Positions 10,481 to 20,327 of a stretch of DNA of 50,306 nucleotides are shown here, piece by piece. The first letter of the stretch is position 1, and each line of letters opens with the position of its first letter. The DNA is taken from positions 10,894 to 61,199 of the forward strand of contig DALYDD010000001.1 of the NCBI GenBank assembly GCA_031973395.1. The letters are read 5' to 3'. Source of the stretch: Minisyncoccota bacterium (GTDB lineage: Bacteria; Patescibacteriota; Minisyncoccia; Phycocordibacterales; CAIZLB01). Below the pieces are notes generated by a model that saw nothing but the letters and a program-made list of their open reading frames with translations, did no database searches and had not been told where the DNA came from. The position numbers were made by a program, and so were the translations under genes.

Positions 10481-10972
10481 TTATTTTGTATGGTTGATAT
10501 CGGTGCTGTGATAATGATCTGTATTTGTAGAAAGAGATTTTAAAACTTTTTTTAGATGATTCGATAATTGAAGTCGTTTTGGATTTGGTATAGGTTTGAA
10601 AATTCTAGCCAACTCTTTGTCGAGAACGCCCAAGGTCTTGGCCACCATCTTTTTTCCTTTTGGCGTTACCTTGAGCATGACCCGCCGCTTCTCATTTGGA
10701 TCAGATGTCCTTTGTATAAGTTTATCACGCTCTAGAAGTCCTGCCTGCCTACTAATCGCAGCCTCCGAGACCCCCCATAGCTGAGCAATCGCAGTCTGCG
10801 AGCATTCATAACTTTTCTTGCAGTCATGTGCCCGTTCGATTGAAACAAGAATCTTGAATTGGGATAGACCGTATCCCGTATTTTCTTTTATAAAAGAATC
10901 CATGTGCCGATCCAATACCATAGCCGCACAGAGCAGAGGTTCGACAAATTGAATCTTTGGCTTGCGAAGCAT
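10481..10972 (-). CDS. MarR-family transcriptional regulator
   Basis: Winged-helix segment SQTAIAQLWGVSEAAISRQAGLLERDKLIQR...RVMLKVTPKG. Lies directly upstream of the efflux operon. Confidence 0.85.
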   Translation of the reverse strand: MLRKPKIQFVEPLLCAAMVLDRHMDSFIKENTGYGLSQFKILVSIERAHDCKKSYECSQTAIAQLWGVSEAAISRQAGLLERDKLIQRTSDPNEKRRVMLKVTPKGKKMVAKTLGVLDKELARIFKPIPNPKRLQLSNHLKKVLKSLSTNTDHYHSTDINHTK

Positions 10973-11058
10973 AATGCTTAATATGTTAAGTATTTATGGG
11001 GAAAAAGTCAATGACAGGAAGGTGATTTTATGGCTTGAATATTGAGTTTTGGCCGCTC

Positions 11059-11086
11059 TTGACATCCTCACAAAGAGTACTACAAT
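11059..11086 (+). promoter_or_regulatory. sigma70-type promoter of cassette 1
   Basis: TTGACA (11059-11064), 16-nt spacer, TACAAT (11081-11086). The same block recurs at 11662-11689. Confidence 0.6.
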
Positions 11087-11194
11087 TTTAACCATGTTCA
11101 CCTGAAAATGACGACCTCGAGGGAGACATTCGAAGGACGGGAACATCGTAGAAAGAACAAAAACAAAACACCAATAGAGAAAGAAACCGCCGCC

Positions 11195-11491
11195 ATGAAA
11201 GTAACACCACTCGTTGCCCTCACCATCGCAACACTTACCGCCGACGCACTCGCCAAACAGACCAGGGTCTCAGAACGGTTTGCCGTTCCTGAGTTCACCA
11301 GCCTCATGAGAGACGCCAACCTCCCGACCCTGTTCATGCGGGAAGCCAGGATCTGCTACTTCGTCACCATCGAAGGCAAAGTCATGTGTGCGACCAAAGC
11401 CGACGGCCAGTGGGCCTGGAAAGTTGAGGAAGTCTCACCGACCACCAGGATAGCGAAAGCTGCAGGGGCCTACATCGCCGCCCATCCGTAG
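11195..11491 (+). CDS. small secreted hypothetical protein (cassette 1)
   Basis: ATG at 11195 gives a Sec-type signal peptide MKVTPLVALTIATLTADALA. GC-rich relative to neighbours. The track ORF starts further upstream at 11108. Confidence 0.55.
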   Translation: MKVTPLVALTIATLTADALAKQTRVSERFAVPEFTSLMRDANLPTLFMREARICYFVTIEGKVMCATKADGQWAWKVEEVSPTTRIAKAAGAYIAAHP

Positions 11492-11546
11492 CTCGAGACG
11501 ACGCCCAAAAAAACACGGTCTGAAGACCGAGAAGTTTGCCGTTAAC

Positions 11547-11576
11547 GCCCGACTCAGGTTCTAATCCTGGTCGGGC
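11547..11576 (+). terminator. GC-rich hairpin in the conserved 3' block of cassette 1
   Basis: GCCCGAC(T)CAGG / CCTGGTCGGGC, 11 bp with one bulge and a 7-nt loop. No clear T-run. Confidence 0.45.
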
Positions 11577-11661
11577 ATTGCCATCTCTGGACCTTTTTAA
11601 ATAGTCGCATTTGCGTCGAAATAGAGTTTATTTTCATATTATCTTGCAAAAAACGCATCTC

Positions 11662-11689
11662 TTGACATTCCACAAAAGAGTACTACAAT
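11662..11689 (+). promoter_or_regulatory. sigma70-type promoter of cassette 2
   Basis: TTGACA (11662-11667), 16-nt spacer, TACAAT (11684-11689). Near-identical to the 11059-11086 block. Confidence 0.6.
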
Positions 11690-11827
11690 TTTAGATGTTC
11701 AACCTTAATACGCAGGCCATTTCGAGGGGTGCGCATAGAGGACGGGAACAACTAAGCTCCATCCAACCTACATAGGGGTTTAGAAGAGTACCCAACAAAA
11801 AAAACACTGCATCACAGTACCACCGCC

Positions 11828-12439
11828 ATGAAAGCAAACCCGACACTAACCGCACTCACTACAGCAGGCCTTGTCTTGCTCACACCGGCACTACTCAGCA
11901 CCGAAGCTCACTCCGCCGAGATCACACTGGAAATTCCGGATGTCCTCGTTGTCGACGGCTTCTTCAACAAAGAAAACATGCCGGGGCCCGACCCCAGGTT
12001 AATTCCAATCAACATTGACCAGGTCACCAGATTCATATTTACCCAGAGAGACTCCATCGCCAAATACCTCGATGAGCTCCCTGAGCTCGATCGGGTAAGA
12101 GCCTCTGAGGAAGTAACCCGCAAGTTGCTTGCCGAACCGCAAGCACTCGACAGCCACGGTCTGGCCGATGCAGACCCTGCCGAGAACGTATTTGACGACG
12201 GCGAGAAAGGTATTCGTGTCATCACGTGCCGCCCCTTGCTCGTCTATCTCATCACTGACGACGAAGGCGGTGTTGAGTGGTACGAACTCCTCAAAGACAA
12301 GTCAGGAGGGCTCGTTCTGCACAAAATTACCGACAGTCGCGCCTACGAGCACCCTCACGTGCTTACGATCGAGACTCATTCGGATTCGGAGGACGAAAGT
12401 CGCCCACAAGGAGAAGCTGAAGGGGAAATCGACTCCTGA
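11828..12439 (+). CDS. secreted acidic hypothetical protein (cassette 2)
   Basis: Signal peptide MKANPTLTALTTAGLVLLTPALLSTEAHSA and an acidic C-terminal tail. GC-rich: my hand count of 11821-11880 is 33/60 G+C. Confidence 0.6.
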   Translation: MKANPTLTALTTAGLVLLTPALLSTEAHSAEITLEIPDVLVVDGFFNKENMPGPDPRLIPINIDQVTRFIFTQRDSIAKYLDELPELDRVRASEEVTRKLLAEPQALDSHGLADADPAENVFDDGEKGIRVITCRPLLVYLITDDEGGVEWYELLKDKSGGLVLHKITDSRAYEHPHVLTIETHSDSEDESRPQGEAEGEIDS

Positions 12440-12476
12440 GAATCGGCTCGCCAAGCCAAGAGAAGTTCGCCATAAC

Positions 12477-12503
12477 GCCCGACGAGGCTAATCCTCGCCG
12501 GGC
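12477..12503 (+). terminator. GC-rich hairpin in the conserved 3' block of cassette 2
   Basis: GCCCGACGAGG / CCTCGCCGGGC, 10 of 11 pairs with a 5-nt loop CTAAT. Homologous to 11547-11576. Confidence 0.45.
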
Positions 12504-12647
12504 ATTGCCATCCCGAGATCTTCCCACCCCCGACAATTCCCTCTTTACCTTTTTCCAAACTTAACGTATAGTGCAAGTCATATATTACAGGCCTGACCGC
12601 CTTTTATTTTTTACTCAAAATTTACACAAACTGAACCGTTTAATAAT

Positions 12648-14432
12648 ATGCAAATTCGAAATATCGCCATTATTGCCCATGTAGACCACGGCAAAACAAC
12701 TATTGTAGACGCTATGATGCGTGCCTCTGGCGCCGTCAAAGAAGGTGCATCCAGCATGGACTCTAATGCCCTCGAACAAGAACGAGGTATTACTATTTAT
12801 GCAAAGAACGCCTCTCTTACTTACAAAGGCACAAAGATTAATATCATCGATACACCGGGCCACGCCGACTTCGGTTCAGAAGTAGAGCGCGTGCTCCGAT
12901 CTATCGACTGCGTGATCTTGATTGTAGATGCCCAAGAAGGTCCAATGCCTCAGACTCGTTTCGTTCTCAAAAAATCTCTCGAGCTTGGCCTTCGACCGAT
13001 TGTTGTTTTAAATAAATTAGATAAACCAGCTGCTGATCCCCATCGAGTGCACGATGAAGTTCTCGAATTATTTATGGAACTTGGCGCTGATGACAAACAA
13101 CTCGACTTCCCTACCGTGTATGCAGTTGGTCGTGAAGGAAAAGCCAAAATCAAACTCGAAGATGGATTTGTAAACCTCGATCCTCTTTTCGATATGATTA
13201 TTTCTCATATTCCTGCCGCAGCCGCAGATGCAGCCGCTCCGCTCCAGGCACAACCATTCAACCTCGCATACGATAACTATCTCGGACGAATGGCTGTAGT
13301 TAGAATCTGGAATGGTACGATCAAGACGAATGCGAATGTTTTCGTAAAAAAAGCAGACGGTTCCATCAAGACTGGCCGCGTCACCAAGATTTTCGGTTTT
13401 GAAGGAATGGGCAAAAAAGATGTAGCCGAGGCTATGGCAGGTGACGTAGTCATGATCGCCGGTATTCCTGAAATTTATATTGGAGATACCGTCGCAGATG
13501 CTGAGACCACACCCGCATTGCCAACAATCACTGTCGACGAACCAACGATTTCATTGGGCTTCCTCGTAAATGATTCCCCTTTTGCAGGTAAAGAAGGAAA
13601 ATTTGTAACCAGCCGACAAATTCGTGACCGACTCGAAAAAGAGCTCGAGGTAAACGTGGGATTGCAGGTTGATTTCAATGAAGCAGATACATTCAAAGTA
13701 TATGGACGTGGAGAATTACACGTTGCGGTATTGCTCGAACAAATGCGACGTGAAGGTTTCGAACTTCAGGTTTCTCAACCAGAAGTTATTATGAAGGATA
13801 TTGACGGAAAGAAATGTGAACCATTTGAAGAAGTGATCATCGATACACCTGATGAGTTTTCTGGAGTTATTATCGAAAAACTCGGAAAGCGCAAAGGAAT
13901 CATGTCGAATATGATCCAGAAAAACGGCGGTACACGATTGTCATTTGAGATTCCAACTCGTGGACTACTCGGTTACCGAAGTCAGTTCGTTGTTGATACG
14001 CGAGGTGAAGGAATCATGTCGAGCCGTTTCGTAGGATTTAAACCTTATGCTGGCACTATTGAGAAACGTGCAGTGGGCTCGATGATCTCCATGGAAGCGG
14101 GAAAAGCTTTACACTTTGCCCTTGGTGGTCTACAGGATCGAGGAATTCTGTATATCACTCCCGGTACCGAAGTATATGCAGGTATGGTGATTGGCAATAC
14201 ATCAAAAGGTGAAGAAATGGAAGTGAACCCTACAAAAGGAAAACAACTCACAAACATGCGAGCCTCTGGGACTGACGCAACAGTATATTTGAACCCTGCA
14301 CAGGAAGTTACTATCGAGCGAGGACTCGAAATCATGACCGATGATGAATATTTGGAAATCACCCCTTTGAGCTCTCGTCTACGAAAGAAGTATTTGACCA
14401 AGACCGATCGAGATAAGGCCAAGAAAAAGTAA
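12648..14432 (+). CDS. typA: translational GTPase TypA/BipA
   Basis: [14 protein letters not shown] and NKLD motifs. 594 aa with a BipA-like C-terminal domain. Confidence 0.95.
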   Translation: MQIRNIAIIAHVDHGKTTIVDAMMRASGAVKEGASSMDSNALEQERGITIYAKNASLTYKGTKINIIDTPGHADFGSEVERVLRSIDCVILIVDAQEGPMPQTRFVLKKSLELGLRPIVVLNKLDKPAADPHRVHDEVLELFMELGADDKQLDFPTVYAVGREGKAKIKLEDGFVNLDPLFDMIISHIPAAAADAAAPLQAQPFNLAYDNYLGRMAVVRIWNGTIKTNANVFVKKADGSIKTGRVTKIFGFEGMGKKDVAEAMAGDVVMIAGIPEIYIGDTVADAETTPALPTITVDEPTISLGFLVNDSPFAGKEGKFVTSRQIRDRLEKELEVNVGLQVDFNEADTFKVYGRGELHVAVLLEQMRREGFELQVSQPEVIMKDIDGKKCEPFEEVIIDTPDEFSGVIIEKLGKRKGIMSNMIQKNGGTRLSFEIPTRGLLGYRSQFVVDTRGEGIMSSRFVGFKPYAGTIEKRAVGSMISMEAGKALHFALGGLQDRGILYITPGTEVYAGMVIGNTSKGEEMEVNPTKGKQLTNMRASGTDATVYLNPAQEVTIERGLEIMTDDEYLEITPLSSRLRKKYLTKTDRDKAKKK

Positions 14433-14450
14433 GATCTCAGCAAATCACTA

Positions 14451-14480
14451 AAAACCTCCCTGAAGCCCAGGGAGGTTTTT
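14451..14480 (+). terminator. intrinsic terminator after typA
   Basis: CCTCCCTG (14455-14462) / CAGGGAGG (14468-14475), followed by TTTTT. Confidence 0.8.
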
Positions 14481-14560
14481 AGTTATCCACAGCCCTCCTC
14501 GCATCCAGGAGGATTTCTTCATCTTTATTTCATCTACAATTGTGTATAAATAATGCCAAT

Positions 14561-15229
14561 ATGCGTATATTAATTATCGAGGACGACGAGCATTTGAGAC
14601 TTTCACTGAAGAAGGGTCTCGAATCTGAGATGTACACCGTGGACCATATGGCCGATGGAATTCACGGCTCCTATATTGCCCGCACCCACGAATACAATTT
14701 GATTATTCTTGATTATATTTTGCCAGGCAAAGATGGCTTAGCTATCGTAAAAGAAATTCGCGAGCAAGGCGTGGACTGCCCCATTATGATAATGTCCGTG
14801 CGCGGCGAAATTGACGACAAGGTGAATTTACTCGAATCCGGCGCCGATGACTATATTGTAAAACCTTTTACTTATCATGAATTCCGCGCACGAGTTCATG
14901 CCCTGACGCGTCGAAACTATAAAATAGTCGAGGAAAAACTAATTCTCGATGATCTGACAATTGATATGAAGCGTACAGAAGTCGTCCGAAACGGCGAACG
15001 TGTATATTTAACCCGAAAAGAATTTCTTATTTTGCAGAGCCTAATGCGCAGACGCGGACAAGTTGTAACACGCGGTGAATTACTTGATGAGGTTTGGAAT
15101 CGCGAAAGTGACCCTTTTTCAAACACTATCGAGGCCCATGTCAGAAATTTACGAAAGAAGGTCGAGAGCGGAAAGCGGATTATTCACACTGTTCCTGGAC
15201 GCGGATATAAGTTAGACCAAGGGGCTTAA
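14561..15229 (+). CDS. OmpR-family response regulator
   Basis: Receiver domain (MRILIIEDD...LDYILPGKDG) plus winged-helix trans_reg_C (LTRKEFLILQSL...VPGRGYKL). ATG at 14561; the track ORF starts at TTG 14540. Confidence 0.93.
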   Translation: MRILIIEDDEHLRLSLKKGLESEMYTVDHMADGIHGSYIARTHEYNLIILDYILPGKDGLAIVKEIREQGVDCPIMIMSVRGEIDDKVNLLESGADDYIVKPFTYHEFRARVHALTRRNYKIVEEKLILDDLTIDMKRTEVVRNGERVYLTRKEFLILQSLMRRRGQVVTRGELLDEVWNRESDPFSNTIEAHVRNLRKKVESGKRIIHTVPGRGYKLDQGA

Positions 15230-15645
15230 TTCCCCCAACTTGATCCAGTGTCAGCATCTTTTGTTTCTTCATAAAGATTTTATCTAAAATTGATGAGAAT
15301 TTAATGTCCTGTCTGATATCGTGATGATGTGCGATAAACGTATATAAATATATGCGAAATGCAAAATATCGGCACACGCTCAAACTTATTCACTAATAAA
15401 TATATATGATCCAGAAAATTTTGAACGGAACAATGAGTATCAAAGACTTGGTAACCATGAATCAGCGGAAAATCAATGAGGCTTTGGATTTGCCCTGGAA
15501 ATAGAAGAGGTTGATCCTGAAAACAGGGACCTGAGCCCCAACACATTCGCCCGACGGTCGAATTTGTATTTAAGACGGCTTTTAGTAGAATGATCGGCAA
15601 CAGCTGATTGTTTTACTATTTCAATGGTCAAAAAACCAATACACC

Positions 15646-17046
15646 ATGCTTAAACTAGTCCTAAAGCATTTTGGTCCTCGCTCAACGAACCCAGACATCC
15701 ATAGAAAGGAACTTGTTTTGAACTCTATTCTTGGGTTCTGTTTTTGTCTTATTCTAGTCTTTGAAATTCTTGCCACCAGAGATGATACAGGGAGCAGTCG
15801 CGTAAGTTGGCTATACCTCCTCCTCATCATCTCTCCGTTTTTCGCCTCTTATTACTTCTCGCGGATTGGCAAAGTCACACTCGCCTCGAGTATATTCATC
15901 GCAACATTCTCAGTTGGTATCTTATATGCAATGGCTCTTTGGGGCATTACACTTCCCGCCACCCTCTTATCACTCGTATTAATGACGACACTAACTGGCA
16001 TATTGGTGAGCAGCCGCGCGGGTTTTGTATATGCATTGGGGGCCGGGATTATTTTGGCTAGCTATGTATATCTATTTAATACTGGCGCAGTAGTACCAGA
16101 TTTGAGTTGGAGCAAAGATCATTTAGTATTCCCGGACATCATCGAACTCACCACTTTTCTCCTTTTCATCTCTGGCCTTTCTTGGATTTCAAATCGTCAG
16201 ATGGAATTATCACTTAAGCGTGCAAGAAATTCCGAGCATGAATTGAAACTCGAGCGGGACCAGCTCGAGGTCACGGTGGCCAATCGGACAAAAGCATTGG
16301 AGCAAGCACAGATCGAAAAGATTTCTGAACTTTATACTTTTATTGAATTTGGCAAATTATCCGCCGGCCTCATTCATGATCTTATGAGTCCGCTTAGTGC
16401 GGTATGCATAGAGTTGGAAACAAATAATAATCCCAATGTCCGATCTTCGCTTAATGTCTCGGCCAATAACCTCGTAAGCTCCGGTAGAAAAATTCAAGAT
16501 ATGATCAAAGCAGCAAGACGCCAGATTCAAATCAATTTAAAAGAAGAGTACTTCATTCCTCGAGATATTATCTTGGAAACAATCACTTTGCATAAACATC
16601 GTCTCCAAAAAGCGCAAATTATACTGCATCACAAAATCACCGCCGGCAATACCGTACGCGGATATCCCTCCCTCTTTTCACATATTATTACTAACCTTTT
16701 GAGTAATGCCATCGATGCCTGCGAGGATGCCAGGGTGCAATTCCGTGACAAAGAATACAGGCCCCAGATTTCAATCGATGCACACATGAATGGAAATACA
16801 TTAACTCTATCAATCAAAGATAATGGCATTGGCATTTCTCCAGAGATCGCCTCAAATATTTTCAATCCATTTTTTACGACAAAAGACAATAAGGGCTGTG
16901 GCTATGGCTTGCCAGCCTCAAAACATATAGCAGAAAAATATTTCCAAGGAGATCTCAAACTTATAAAACATTATTCCGTTCCAAAAATTTACCATAAGAC
17001 AAATCAGTTCCGTACTACTTTCGAGCTTATCGCTTCTTTCCATTAA
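15646..17046 (+). CDS. sensor histidine kinase
   Basis: About 5 N-terminal TM helices, H-box LSAGLIHDLMSPL, N-box NLLSNAIDA, G-boxes DNGIGI and GCGYGL. Confidence 0.85.
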   Translation: MLKLVLKHFGPRSTNPDIHRKELVLNSILGFCFCLILVFEILATRDDTGSSRVSWLYLLLIISPFFASYYFSRIGKVTLASSIFIATFSVGILYAMALWGITLPATLLSLVLMTTLTGILVSSRAGFVYALGAGIILASYVYLFNTGAVVPDLSWSKDHLVFPDIIELTTFLLFISGLSWISNRQMELSLKRARNSEHELKLERDQLEVTVANRTKALEQAQIEKISELYTFIEFGKLSAGLIHDLMSPLSAVCIELETNNNPNVRSSLNVSANNLVSSGRKIQDMIKAARRQIQINLKEEYFIPRDIILETITLHKHRLQKAQIILHHKITAGNTVRGYPSLFSHIITNLLSNAIDACEDARVQFRDKEYRPQISIDAHMNGNTLTLSIKDNGIGISPEIASNIFNPFFTTKDNKGCGYGLPASKHIAEKYFQGDLKLIKHYSVPKIYHKTNQFRTTFELIASFH

Positions 17047-17123
17047 GACACTCAATGGGACGAGAAGGTCCGCTTTGTATAGAGCTGTAGAAAGCTGAGT
17101 AATATATTATAATATGGGACTGT

Positions 17124-19628
17124 ATGCCCAAACACCTACCGCACCTCCTTTTTGCATACGTACTCCCAATTCTCCTGATCCTATGCTTTCTTCTACTCTT
17201 CAGCTTTAAATTTTTTGCCATATTCCAATCCCTGCCTTATATAACAGGCTACGACAATCCAACACATTTGGCGACCATTGAGGTATATACCAAGACCATT
17301 TTCCCTTCTCTTTGGGGATGGGTGCCAAACTGGTATGCAGGCATGCCCCTCCCCCTCTTTTATCCTCCTGCGGCATATTATCTAGGAAGCCTTCTTCTAC
17401 CATTTTTTAGTTCTGCTGTTACTTTTTACAAAATATATTCATATCTTCTATATATCCTCGCAGCCATCGTCTCATTTATTGTTTTGAAAAAGATATTTTC
17501 AAAAGAGTTAGAACCTAATGAGCACGAGAAGGCCAAGGTAGCAGGCGCCTCGAATGCCAAAAAATATCTTTCTATTTTTAGCAAGCAGATACCTGTCGTC
17601 CTGGCTGTTGTCACCATTTTTTCGTTTAACCCCGGTGCACCAAGCACAAATGCAATGTCTGATGGTATTTTGAGCCATCAATTCGCGATGATATGGCTCA
17701 TAGTGGGCACATACTGCTTATTCAAACAAAAGCCTTTTTATTATGTGCTCAGCATCATTTCATGGATGATGATTATTTTGTCGAATACACATGCTTTTTT
17801 AACCGGCACTTTATTTTTGTTTTTTTTATGCCTCCTGTGGCCATTTGCATATCCAGATGGACAAAAGGCTCGGCAATTCTTTTTGCAGACTCGGCGTACA
17901 GTCCTGATTCACATCTCAGCCATTCTCGCATCAGCCTGTTGGGTTTTTCCAATGCTGGTATTTTACAGATTCTTTACCGGTATACACATAATGGATCCGA
18001 GCCTGAGCACCCGCTTCTTTGCTTCTTGTTGGATTATTTTGGTTGTCTCAGGATTAGGTATTTTTATCGCTAATTACGAAGACAAGCATAAGCTTCGTCA
18101 AATATATCTAGCAATATTCGCTTCATTTGGTTTCTTATTTCTCATAGAAATAATCCAGCGAGTATGGCACACCAACCTCGGACTACCCATTCAATTATGG
18201 CGATGGTATGAGACCTTATTCTGGCTCTGTTCTATTCCGCTTTGCCACGTCTTTATCTTTTTTATAAAAAGAATTAAATACCTAAGTGTAGGTGTTTTAT
18301 TATTGATTTGTATTATAACGGCAATGCGGCATGTCAATTTTCATGCAATTTACGGCAATTATAGACAAGACCAGATCGACAGACTTGTTCAAAAAGTAGG
18401 AAGTGAAACCGGTGCGCACGACTTGGTATTGGTCCACGGTCGCGGCTATCCAGCTTTTACCAGACTTCGACAAATGACAATTGATGCGCGCCTAGGTGCC
18501 AATGGAAACAGCACAACATTTAGCAATCTTCGTGAATCGAGCATCAATGCGATATTTCTCCGCATCGCCAAGAAATTTGTTTCAAGAGCCGAAGAAGATT
18601 GGGCTTTGATAAATTTTGCTCAAAGCACCACCCTAAAGAAAAGCGATTTGGAGAGACAGGCTGCGCTGCTCGAATTTCTCGGAATTAAAAAGGTTGTTTT
18701 AAGCAATGACGACCTGTCCGCCCCAAGTGATGTAGTAGATATTACCTCTATAAAAAGTTACAAAATCGATAAATCGTTCCCTGGATTTTCTATCCTTACT
18801 TCCAAGAAAGAAATCTCTCGGGCATCGTATATGCAAGGACCACTGACACTACTCTTCCTAAAGGACGGATTCAAAGACCGAGAAAAGATAGATCCGACAT
18901 ATACTCGATTTCAAGAAACTGCTTTTGAAAAAAGCCTCTACCGGAAATCAATATCTTTTGCTCCGAATAATCCACTCATAGAAAATAATGAGAAAGAAAT
19001 CCTCCTCTCTAAATACATTGTCATTGCAAATATACAAACAAAAGATATCGACAAGGTTATAGAGATTTTCCGTCGAGCACTAAAGACTAATCCAGAAAAA
19101 GTTATATATATACTCACAGAAGACACAATCGGGTACAAGACTCTTGCCAAAGTCTTTGCAGATAATAAACAAGTTCAATTCATACGCCCTATCAATGCCC
19201 GTTACCCATTTAATGAGACGGTTGATGCCATAATTAAAAACGAAAAGAATCTCAAGGAATATCCGGCCACAGTAACTTTTATGGACAATGCCTTACATCT
19301 GCGTACCCCTACGAGCACGGCTTTCAAGACAAATAAAACACCTACAGATATATCAAATCAGAAATTTTGGTTTATTCGGCAAAGTTATTTTCCTGGCTGG
19401 AAAGCAATCAATAATAAAGCTGCACAACCAGATACATACCTAGCGAGCCCTGGGTACACAATGGTTTTGCAAGACGACAATGCGCAGGAACTATCGCTTT
19501 ATTTTGAGACGCCGCGCATCGTTATCGTGAGTCATATCATAAGCCTCATTACCCTCCTATCCATCCTAGGCTATGCAATAGCCGCATATATCACATCGAA
19601 AAAGACATCTCCACACAGAAGCCTATAA
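17124..19628 (+). CDS. large polytopic membrane protein, possibly YfhO/GT-C-like glycosyltransferase
   Basis: 834 aa with many N-terminal TM helices, a large soluble domain and one C-terminal TM helix. The family assignment rests on architecture only. Confidence 0.6.
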   Translation: MPKHLPHLLFAYVLPILLILCFLLLFSFKFFAIFQSLPYITGYDNPTHLATIEVYTKTIFPSLWGWVPNWYAGMPLPLFYPPAAYYLGSLLLPFFSSAVTFYKIYSYLLYILAAIVSFIVLKKIFSKELEPNEHEKAKVAGASNAKKYLSIFSKQIPVVLAVVTIFSFNPGAPSTNAMSDGILSHQFAMIWLIVGTYCLFKQKPFYYVLSIISWMMIILSNTHAFLTGTLFLFFLCLLWPFAYPDGQKARQFFLQTRRTVLIHISAILASACWVFPMLVFYRFFTGIHIMDPSLSTRFFASCWIILVVSGLGIFIANYEDKHKLRQIYLAIFASFGFLFLIEIIQRVWHTNLGLPIQLWRWYETLFWLCSIPLCHVFIFFIKRIKYLSVGVLLLICIITAMRHVNFHAIYGNYRQDQIDRLVQKVGSETGAHDLVLVHGRGYPAFTRLRQMTIDARLGANGNSTTFSNLRESSINAIFLRIAKKFVSRAEEDWALINFAQSTTLKKSDLERQAALLEFLGIKKVVLSNDDLSAPSDVVDITSIKSYKIDKSFPGFSILTSKKEISRASYMQGPLTLLFLKDGFKDREKIDPTYTRFQETAFEKSLYRKSISFAPNNPLIENNEKEILLSKYIVIANIQTKDIDKVIEIFRRALKTNPEKVIYILTEDTIGYKTLAKVFADNKQVQFIRPINARYPFNETVDAIIKNEKNLKEYPATVTFMDNALHLRTPTSTAFKTNKTPTDISNQKFWFIRQSYFPGWKAINNKAAQPDTYLASPGYTMVLQDDNAQELSLYFETPRIVIVSHIISLITLLSILGYAIAAYITSKKTSPHRSL

Positions 19629-19648
19629 ACATGCATTGGATTGCATGT
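19629..19648. terminator. hairpin between convergent genes
   Basis: ACATGCA / TGCATGT 7-bp stem with a 6-nt loop. No strong T-run. Confidence 0.3.
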
Positions 19649-19670
19649 ACCCATATTCACAACACCAGAT

Positions 19671-20297
19671 TTAGATCCTCTTAATCCCAAGAACAAATCG
19701 ATACTCACTATCTTTTATTTTCACATTAGACATATTGTCAGGCTGAACTTCAAGTAGGGTGATTTCCAAACCATTTACTTTTACCGATTGGCCAACTTCC
19801 AAAACATTTCCAGCAGTCACTAGCTCCGCTTTTGTATTTGGGTTTAACAAGCGCAAAGCGACACGAATCTTCCCCGCCCAAACACAATCTACATCAGAAG
19901 GACACCTGCTGTCTTCGAGCACCGCCCATGGATATATCAAAACTTGGTCAGCTACGCGAGTGCCACCAACAATGTGACCTTGAGATAAAGGAATTGAGAT
20001 AGGGCTTTGATATCCAGTATTCTGCACCGGTTGTGATGGTTCATTTTGTCCCGAACCGTTCATATCATTCGCTCCAGTATTTGTAGTTGATGTTGGCAAT
20101 TGAGAATTATGTAAAGCTTGAGTAGTCGAGGCAGTACTTGTCGCATAGATATCCGGTGGGATAGGCGGTTCTTCCGAAACTGTTTTGGACCCACTTTTAA
20201 TGAAATACAAAATAAAAATTGCCAAAAGTGCGACAATGAGCACAATGACGAAAATAAACCTATTTGACCCATTCTTTTCCGGAGTCTTTGTTTCCAT
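19671..20297 (-). CDS. membrane-anchored hypothetical protein
   Basis: N-terminal TM helix (FIFVIVLIVALLAIFILYFI), a low-complexity S/T/N/Q linker and a C-terminal beta-rich domain. Confidence 0.6.
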   Translation of the reverse strand: METKTPEKNGSNRFIFVIVLIVALLAIFILYFIKSGSKTVSEEPPIPPDIYATSTASTTQALHNSQLPTSTTNTGANDMNGSGQNEPSQPVQNTGYQSPISIPLSQGHIVGGTRVADQVLIYPWAVLEDSRCPSDVDCVWAGKIRVALRLLNPNTKAELVTAGNVLEVGQSVKVNGLEITLLEVQPDNMSNVKIKDSEYRFVLGIKRI

Positions 20298-20327
20298 AGC
20301 ATAATTATAACAGGTATACTATTCAAT

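Noticed and set aside
11098-12491. Overlapping ORFs 11098..11337(-), 11908..12225(-) and 12129..12491(+) in the GC-rich cassettes
   Set aside because: They are typical GC-rich shadow frames. The plus-strand frames with signal peptides and the conserved start region are the better explanation.
15301-15600. 99-aa minus-strand ORF and 32-codon plus-strand ORF (15406-15504) in the RR-HK spacer
   Set aside because: They are AT-rich low-complexity translations with no start context or motif. Kept only as a note under the spacer finding.
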